64,000 nucleotides of DNA from Rhodothermales bacterium (GTDB lineage: Bacteria > Bacteroidota > Rhodothermia > Rhodothermales > Bin80): contig OX638318.1 of assembly GCA_951812585.1 (NCBI GenBank), positions 2,795,978 to 2,859,977 of the forward strand. Reading direction: 5' to 3'. The number at the start of each line of letters is the position of its first letter. Within the stretch, counting starts at the first letter, position 1. The notes below the pieces were generated by a model that worked only from the letters and a program-made list of their open reading frames with translations, did no database searches and was not told the DNA's origin. The translations under genes were made by a program, and so were the position numbers. Below, in pieces: positions 57,704 to 64,000 of the stretch.

Positions 57704-57963
57704 CGCTTACATCGACGCTCCGACGCAGGCATGGCTGGTTCTTAGCCACCGTTTTTATCATGGTTTCCTGCTTCGGCCTTGGCATGATTGACATTCTGCC
57801 GACTCCCTCGGTGGAAATCCACTGGCCTGAGAGCGCTGCCGCGAACGCAGACCGTTACATACCTTCCTACACTCTCCAGCAAGGGCAGGAAGTCATGTTG
57901 GTGTATATCGGATCATCGTCATGTGGAGTCGGTGTATCTGTAGATTGGGATACAGACCCATGA
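57700..57963 (+). pseudogene. Truncated membrane-anchored thioredoxin-like protein
   Basis: N-terminal TM followed by EVMLVYIGSSSCG, which looks like the strand leading into a CxxC but breaks off after the first Cys. Confidence 0.4.
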
Positions 57964-59120
57964 ACCATCATTTAGATTTGCGGCGATTCCTTGTCGCGCT
58001 GGCTTTAGTGCCTTGCATCCTGGCCCCGGCCTCGGCCCAGGAGCTGTCCTTCACGCTCGTAGAGCAGTTGGTCTTAGGGGATGACGAGGAGGCGCCCGCC
58101 GAATACCTCCTCACTTTTCCCGAGCGGGTCCGGACGGACTCGAAGGGCCGGATCTATGTGAAGGATCGAAGGCGGGCGGACGTTCGCGTATTCGATGCAA
58201 GCGGGCAGTACGTCACCACGATCGGAAGCAGAGGCGAAGGCCCGGGGGAAATGCAGCGCATCGCAGGTATACACGTTGATGGCCAGGATCGGCTGACGGT
58301 GTCCGATCAAATGCTCGCACGGTTCACGATCTTCACGGATCTTGGCAATAGCCACGAAACAAAAGCCTTCGAGGTAGAGCGGACCATCTATCCAAGTCCA
58401 ATCCTATCACTTGGAGATTCCTTTGTACTCAAGTACATGGAATTTATAGACGATCCTGCTGGGAAACGCTCGGTGCTGCATCTGCACGACACCGAGTTGA
58501 ACTGGCTCGGGTCGTTTGCGCAGCTGGGGAACCTGTTTAACCTTGACATACCCTTCCAGAGGCATCGGTCCCGTAGCCGAGATGGATTAAAGGTCGCAAC
58601 GAACGGGTCGGATACGGTAGTCTTGGCCCATCGGGTTTACGGTGGATACGTCTACCGATACACACGCTCGAATGACACCTGGGTAATGGACAAGCTGAAA
58701 GGCGGACCAGCTCCCGAAAGACCATATATCCTCGTTAGCGAGCGCGACTTTGAGGCGAACCTGGATTATCGCAGATCGGCTATTTTGGGTTCATCACCGG
58801 AGGGGATCTTCCGTGCGAAAATCTTGAACTGGAGTCTGGGCGTCGTAATTCTGGCCAATGGCGAGATTGTCCACTTTACGAAGCAGACCCCGCTCGGTGA
58901 CACTGGATATACCAGCGCGGAAATGTTCAGCCAAGACGGCACCCTTGTGGGGTATGGGCCGCTGCAGTTAGATGATCCCGAGTTGGATGGCAACAAGAGG
59001 GTCAAGATCTCCATTTCCATCCTGTGGCAAGATGCGGCAGGCCGCATCTACCTTCGGCGGGAAAATGAAAGTGGCTTCTATGTTCTCAGTGTTGCCGAGC
59101 TAGTGGTCCGCCCGTTATGA
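57960..59120 (+). CDS. Secreted 6-bladed beta-propeller protein, copy 1
   Basis: Signal peptide ending ASA-Q, DSKGRIYVKD and TIGSRGEGPGEM. Confidence 0.85.
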   Translation: MNHHLDLRRFLVALALVPCILAPASAQELSFTLVEQLVLGDDEEAPAEYLLTFPERVRTDSKGRIYVKDRRRADVRVFDASGQYVTTIGSRGEGPGEMQRIAGIHVDGQDRLTVSDQMLARFTIFTDLGNSHETKAFEVERTIYPSPILSLGDSFVLKYMEFIDDPAGKRSVLHLHDTELNWLGSFAQLGNLFNLDIPFQRHRSRSRDGLKVATNGSDTVVLAHRVYGGYVYRYTRSNDTWVMDKLKGGPAPERPYILVSERDFEANLDYRRSAILGSSPEGIFRAKILNWSLGVVILANGEIVHFTKQTPLGDTGYTSAEMFSQDGTLVGYGPLQLDDPELDGNKRVKISISILWQDAAGRIYLRRENESGFYVLSVAELVVRPL

Positions 59121-59457
59121 ACCGTGCGGAGTACGAAGTACACGAAGGGCACGGATGCAGGCGGCCAGGCCCTCCAGGAAGAGCTCCTGGCACAGGAGGG
59201 TGCCGTCAGTCTCGCACCGCACCAGCAGGGCCTGCTCATCGAACTGGGGACGCAGCACGCTGGCCACTGCGGACGTGCCGCCACCATGCGGCAACAGGGA
59301 ATCAGGCATAGCCACAGTATGTACGACGCCCTGGCAAGTGAGCCGGCACTGTAAGGATTAGCCCGACCCAAGGCGGTGCAGGCTCTCGCACGCGTCCGCG
59401 TGCGAGCGCCAATAACTCCATTTTGCGCGGCTGGATAGTGCCTTTTTTTATGGCTGT

Positions 59458-59807
59458 TCAGAATGAACGGCACGGCCCATCGCGTGGGGTAGCCGGGTCA
59501 TTTTTTGGGTCCTCGGCGGCGGATCGATCGTCGGTGCTGCCTTGCCGACGCTGCTTGCTGAAGAGTTGACACGGTGTGCATCCCGCCAGCAGGAGTTCCG
59601 GGCTCGGCGTGGTCCCTGCCAGGCGGCGGATGTCGTGATCCGCTACGAAGCGGCGATCGGCAGCCACGAACCGCGTTTCAGGGTTGTTTCGGCGATAGGT
59701 TTCCGCCGTGGTCGGATCAGCGTCTATTCCGGCCATCACACCCCACCTGGCCCGGCGCAATCCTCGCGTCAGTCCCTTGCGCCGCAAAACAGGTCGCGTA
59801 CCTTCAT
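59458..59807 (-). pseudogene. DNA (cytosine-5) methyltransferase N-terminal remnant
   Basis: MKVRDLFCGA (motif I), a frameshift to GLTRGL, AGID...TYRRN, and motif IV LAGCTPCQLFS; truncated afterwards. Confidence 0.75.
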
Positions 59808-60087
59808 GTTTGACATTATCGGAAATCATTTAGGTCCCGAAACACGGACATGAACGAGGGGCAGGACACCCTGCACGCCGCCTGACATCACCGCGCATAA
59901 ACAAGGGTGGAACCTGCCTCAGAATCGCCGCAAATGGCGCTCGATTACATTCAGGTACGGTCAGGGGCGATTCCGGAGACCTTTTCCTGATTACCTGGCG
60001 GAAACTGGAGCCGTCGGTGCACGCTTTAGGCGGCAATAACAAGTGGGTGTTCATGGCTGGGTTGGGTTAGTGACCGGGGATGTTCAA

Positions 60088-60949
60088 TTATCTCTCCCCG
60101 CTGGTCACATCAAGTTGGTCAGCCAGGCCTTTGATCAGGTTATTGATCGTGGTTGAGGTATGCGGGTCGAGTCCACTGGTCGGTTCGTCGTAGAGGATGT
60201 AGCGCGGTTCCAGGGCGACGGCGCGCGCAAGCGCCACGCGCTTGATCATTCCGCCCGAAAGCTCGGAAGGTCGCTTCGTACCCACATCAGACAGGTTAAC
60301 CAGGTCCAGGCATCGGAGCACGCGATCGCGGACCTGCTGCCACGAAGGACTTGATCAGCCCGAACATGGGCCCAAAGACCAGATAGTTTTCGCGGGCGCC
60401 GCGAATAAACTCGCCTGTGCTGACCACATCGGTGGCCACCGCGGCTGCCAGGCCGCCGCCCACGCCGACCAGCACGGCGGTAACGTATAGCACGGGAAAC
60501 ATTATTATACCGGCCATGATCCGTGGTACGATCAGGTAGCCGATGGAGTTAAGTCCCATTGCTTCCAAGGCGTCTATCTGCTCAGTGACGCGCATGGTAC
60601 CCAGCTCGGCTGCAATGCGGGCACCCACACGTCCTGCGAGGATAAACCCGGTGACGATGGCACCAAGCTCAAGAATCAGCGAGGGCACGACGACCGCGCC
60701 GATGACCGACGGTGGGATGAAAGGCGAAACAAGCTGGTATGCGGTCTGCACGGTGGTGACAGCACCGGAGAAGGCGGCGGCGAGTGCCACTATAGGGATG
60801 GAGTCGATCCCTACGCGTCCGCACTGGACAATCAGATTCTTGCGGTAGACACTGAAATGGCCGAGTGACGTGAACCCTTTGGACAACAGCAGTGCATATC
60901 GCCCAAGGCTGTATAGTGGCCGAATCAGCCGCTGCTCCAATGCAGCCAT
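60088..60949 (-). pseudogene. Duplicated, deleted mlaE'-'mlaF remnant
   Basis: The mlaE copy is truncated after IKSFV and fused to an internal mlaF fragment through loss of 53054-53554. Confidence 0.85.
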
Positions 60950-62331
60950 ACTGTGCTTTTATCGTGCCGGGTTCAATGGTTTAGGGTGCCCGTTGTTTCG
61001 TGCATCAGGCGGGCGAGCCAGGCGCGGCTCCGTTTGTGATTGCCGCATCCCCACAGTCCGTCATGGCTAGGCCTCCCAAGTAGTCATAAATCAGACTTAC
61101 ACAATGGCCTTCATAACGTTTGGCTTGCCGTTATGGAGGCGCAGCATCAGATCTTGCGTACGCTTCGGACCTCGGAGCCGGCCTTACTGGCAACACTGGG
61201 CGCGCTAAGGTGACAATCACCTCAAATCACGGCGAAAACCTGGCTTTCAGGGCCATTTGTGCCCAAATCGGCCCAAAAACGACTAAAAAAGGTGTCAAAA
61301 TGGGCCTACTGACTGCGCCGCGAGGGTGAGGCTGCGCCCGACTACTATGAAGTTCAGATTAGAATCGCCGCCTTGATCATCATACGTAAATTCCATTACA
61401 ACAAAAGCCCCATGGGCTTGGCCTCGCTTAGGATCGCCGATCCTGCGAGCAAGATGGAAGCGGGGCGTACTGCCAAGGGGCGAATACCCAGCAATACCGC
61501 GAATCCACAGACAGGTCCGACCCCCTGCCCCGAGCATGTCCCGGCACATGGCGTCTATGACAGCCTGCGCCGTCGGGTGTTTCCTGTCTATGTTGGGCGC
61601 ACGTGCAGAGGAGTTCAGGTCTGAGGAGGAGATTGCTCAGACGTATCAGTTCTCCCGGACAACAAAGTTCTCGCGTGCTGCGCACAGGTACATTATCATT
61701 CTGGGACTAATCTTTGTAGGGTTATGGCGTGTGGTGCAGGTTGGCAATCCCACAGCATGCAGGCCCACGCTAGGTGACCGAGACCAAGTCGGAGGGACGA
61801 AATGCGTCGGAATACGCCCTAGATCACATCTTTACGTGGCCAACCAACTGCTGAGAGAGCCGTTTGTGCTGCGTGCAAACACGGACTATGGGTTTCAGGG
61901 TAGGGTCCATTTTTTTTTCAACAGGACTTGATTAAGGGGCATTGTATTGCTTAACATTACAGGCCAGCGTGGTCGTACCGATCTATCCAGCAGAATAACC
62001 GACAGGTTTACAATTGGCTTTTACGTTGTTGGTGTAGGACTTCTTCTCCTCGCGGGGAAGGTTTGGTACGGTGCGACGAAAAGTGCCGCTGCGAGGTGCG
62101 CGGGGAGCTTTGCGGTTGCAGCGACGACGAGTAGCGTACAATGGAGGGTTACCTCTTCCGGTCGGCCCTAACTGGGGTCACGCCCGTTGCGGTCAAGTGG
62201 CTGAGCCGGTCCGTTATCTTCTTAAGTCGTTGATCTGGAGCAACCGCTGCATCGTGCCCGGCTGCAGTGCTGGCTTTTTCGCGGCTGGTATCTGATGCCG
62301 CTCTTCGGTCCACAAAGATATACATGTATAC

Positions 62332-63492
62332 ATGAACCATCATTTAGATTTGCGGCGATTCCTTGTCGCGCTGGCTTTAGTGCCTTGCATCCTGGCCCCG
62401 GCCTCGGCCCAGGAGCTGTCCTTCACGCTCGTAGAGCAGTTGGTCTTAGGGGATGACGAGGAGGCGCCCGCCGAATACCTCCTCACTTTTCCCGAGCGGG
62501 TCCGGACGGACTCGAAGGGCCGGATCTATGTGAAGGATCGAAGGCGGGCGGACGTTCGCGTATTCGATGCAAGTGGGCAGTACGTCACCACGATCGGAAG
62601 CAGAGGCGAAGGCCCGGGGGAAATGCAGCGCATTGACGGTATACACGTTGATGGCCAGGATCGGCTGATCGTGTCCGATCAAATGCTCGCACGGTTCACG
62701 ATCTTCACGGATCTTGGCAATAGCCACGAAACAAAAGCCTTCGAGGTAGAGCGGACCATCTATCCAAGTCCAATCCTATCACTTGGAGATTCCTTTGTAC
62801 TCAAGTACATGGAATTTATAGACGATCCTGCTGGGAAACGCTCGGTGCTGCATCTGCACGACACCGAGTTGAACTGGCTCGGGTCGTTTGCGCAGCTGGG
62901 GAACCTGTTTAACCTTGACATACCCTTCCAGAGGCATCGGTCCCGTAGCCGAGATGGATTAAAGGTCGCAACGAACGGGTCGGATACGGTAGTCTTGGCC
63001 CATCGGGTTTACGGTGGATACGTCTACCGATACACACGCTCGAATGACACCTGGGTAATGGACAAGCTGAAAGGCGGACCAGCTCCCGAAAGACCATATA
63101 TCCTCGTTAGCGAGCGCGACTTTGAGGCGAACCTGGATTATCGCAGATCGGCTATTTTGGGTTCATCACCGGAGGGGATCTTCCGTGCGAAAATCTTGAA
63201 CTGGAGTCTGGGCGTCGTAATTCTGGCCAATGGCGAGATTGTCCACTTTACGAAGCAGACCCCGCTCGGTGACACTGGATATACCAGCGCGGAAATGTTC
63301 AGCCAAGACGGCACCCTTGTGGGGTATGGGCCGCTGCAGTTAGATGATCCCGAGTTGGATGGCAACAAGAGGGTCAAGATCTCCATTTCCATCCTGTGGC
63401 AAGATGCGGCAGGCCGCATCTACCTTCGGCGGGAAAATGAAAGTGGCTTCTATGTTCTCAGTGTTGCCGAGCTAGTGGTCCGCCCGTTATGA
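62332..63492 (+). CDS. Secreted 6-bladed beta-propeller protein, copy 2
   Basis: Near-identical to 57960-59120; differs at RIAG/RIDG and RLTV/RLIV. Confidence 0.85.
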   Translation: MNHHLDLRRFLVALALVPCILAPASAQELSFTLVEQLVLGDDEEAPAEYLLTFPERVRTDSKGRIYVKDRRRADVRVFDASGQYVTTIGSRGEGPGEMQRIDGIHVDGQDRLIVSDQMLARFTIFTDLGNSHETKAFEVERTIYPSPILSLGDSFVLKYMEFIDDPAGKRSVLHLHDTELNWLGSFAQLGNLFNLDIPFQRHRSRSRDGLKVATNGSDTVVLAHRVYGGYVYRYTRSNDTWVMDKLKGGPAPERPYILVSERDFEANLDYRRSAILGSSPEGIFRAKILNWSLGVVILANGEIVHFTKQTPLGDTGYTSAEMFSQDGTLVGYGPLQLDDPELDGNKRVKISISILWQDAAGRIYLRRENESGFYVLSVAELVVRPL

Positions 63493-64000
63493 ACCGTGCG
63501 GAGTACGAAGTACACGAAGGGCACGGATGCAGGCGGCCAGGCCCTCCAGGAAGAGCTCCTGGCACAGGAGGGTGCCGTCAGTCTCGCACCGCACCAGCAG
63601 GGCCTGCTCATCGAACTGGGGACGCAGCACGCTGGCCACTGCGGACGTGCCGCCACCATGCGGCAACAGGGAATCAGGCATAGCCACAGTATGTACGACG
63701 CCCTGGCAAGTGAGCCGGCACTGTAAGGATTAGCCCGACCCAAGGCGGTGCAGGCTCTCGCACGCGTCCGCGTGCGAGCGCCAATAACTCCATTTTGCGC
63801 GGCTGGATAGTGCCTTTTTTTATGGCTGTTCAGAATGAACGGCACGGCCCATCGCGTGGGGTAGCCGGGTCATTTTTTGGGTCCTCGGCGGCGGATCGAT
63901 CGTCGGTGCTGCCTTGCCGACGCTGCTTGCTGAAGAGTTGACACGGTGTGCATCCCGCCAGCAGGAGTTCCGGGCTCGGCGTGGTCCCTGCCAGGCGGCG

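Larger units (their letters stand above)
52813..64000. repeat. Tandem segmental duplication: 52813-59628 recurs from 60100 to the window end, with two internal deletions
   Basis: 60100-60340 matches 52813-53053; 60341-62330 matches 53555-55542; 62331-64000 matches 57959-59628. Scattered SNPs separate the copies. Confidence 0.9.

Noticed and set aside
1-64000. CRISPR array or cas genes
   Set aside because: No short regularly spaced repeats with unique spacers and no Cas-like ORFs were seen; the repeats are kilobase-scale duplications.

Overview
This is a GC-rich bacterial window, most likely Rhodothermota, inferred from the tmRNA tag ANDYSYAMAA and Bacteroidota-like genes (ECF sigma/FecR/TonB receptor, bS22-like peptide, GLPGLI remnant). 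Most of it is ordinary chromosome: a glycosyl hydrolase, an inositol-type cluster, a sugar oxidation/ABC operon, etfBA, ssrA, nfeD, nupC, pcrA/uvrD, dusB and mlaDFE. Two accessory regions stand out. (1) About 10.0-19.0 kb is an insertion that splits a sugar ABC operon. It holds about 2.5 head-to-tail copies of a 2873-bp plasmid/phage-like unit with a degraded HTH Rep-like gene, hairpins and a collagen-like lipoprotein whose two copies differ almost only by amino-acid-changing substitutions. One unit carries an IS110-family (IS1111-type) element; its downstream non-coding region folds into a bridge/seek-RNA-like structure whose loops match both the insertion target and the IS circle junction. 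(2) About 52.8-64 kb is a tandem segmental duplication with two internal deletions. It carries a tyrosine-recombinase fragment, a secreted six-Cys peptide, 6-bladed beta-propeller genes, a truncated thioredoxin-like gene and a C5-methylase remnant. All calls come from reading the sequence and ORF track by eye; no database search or folding program was run.
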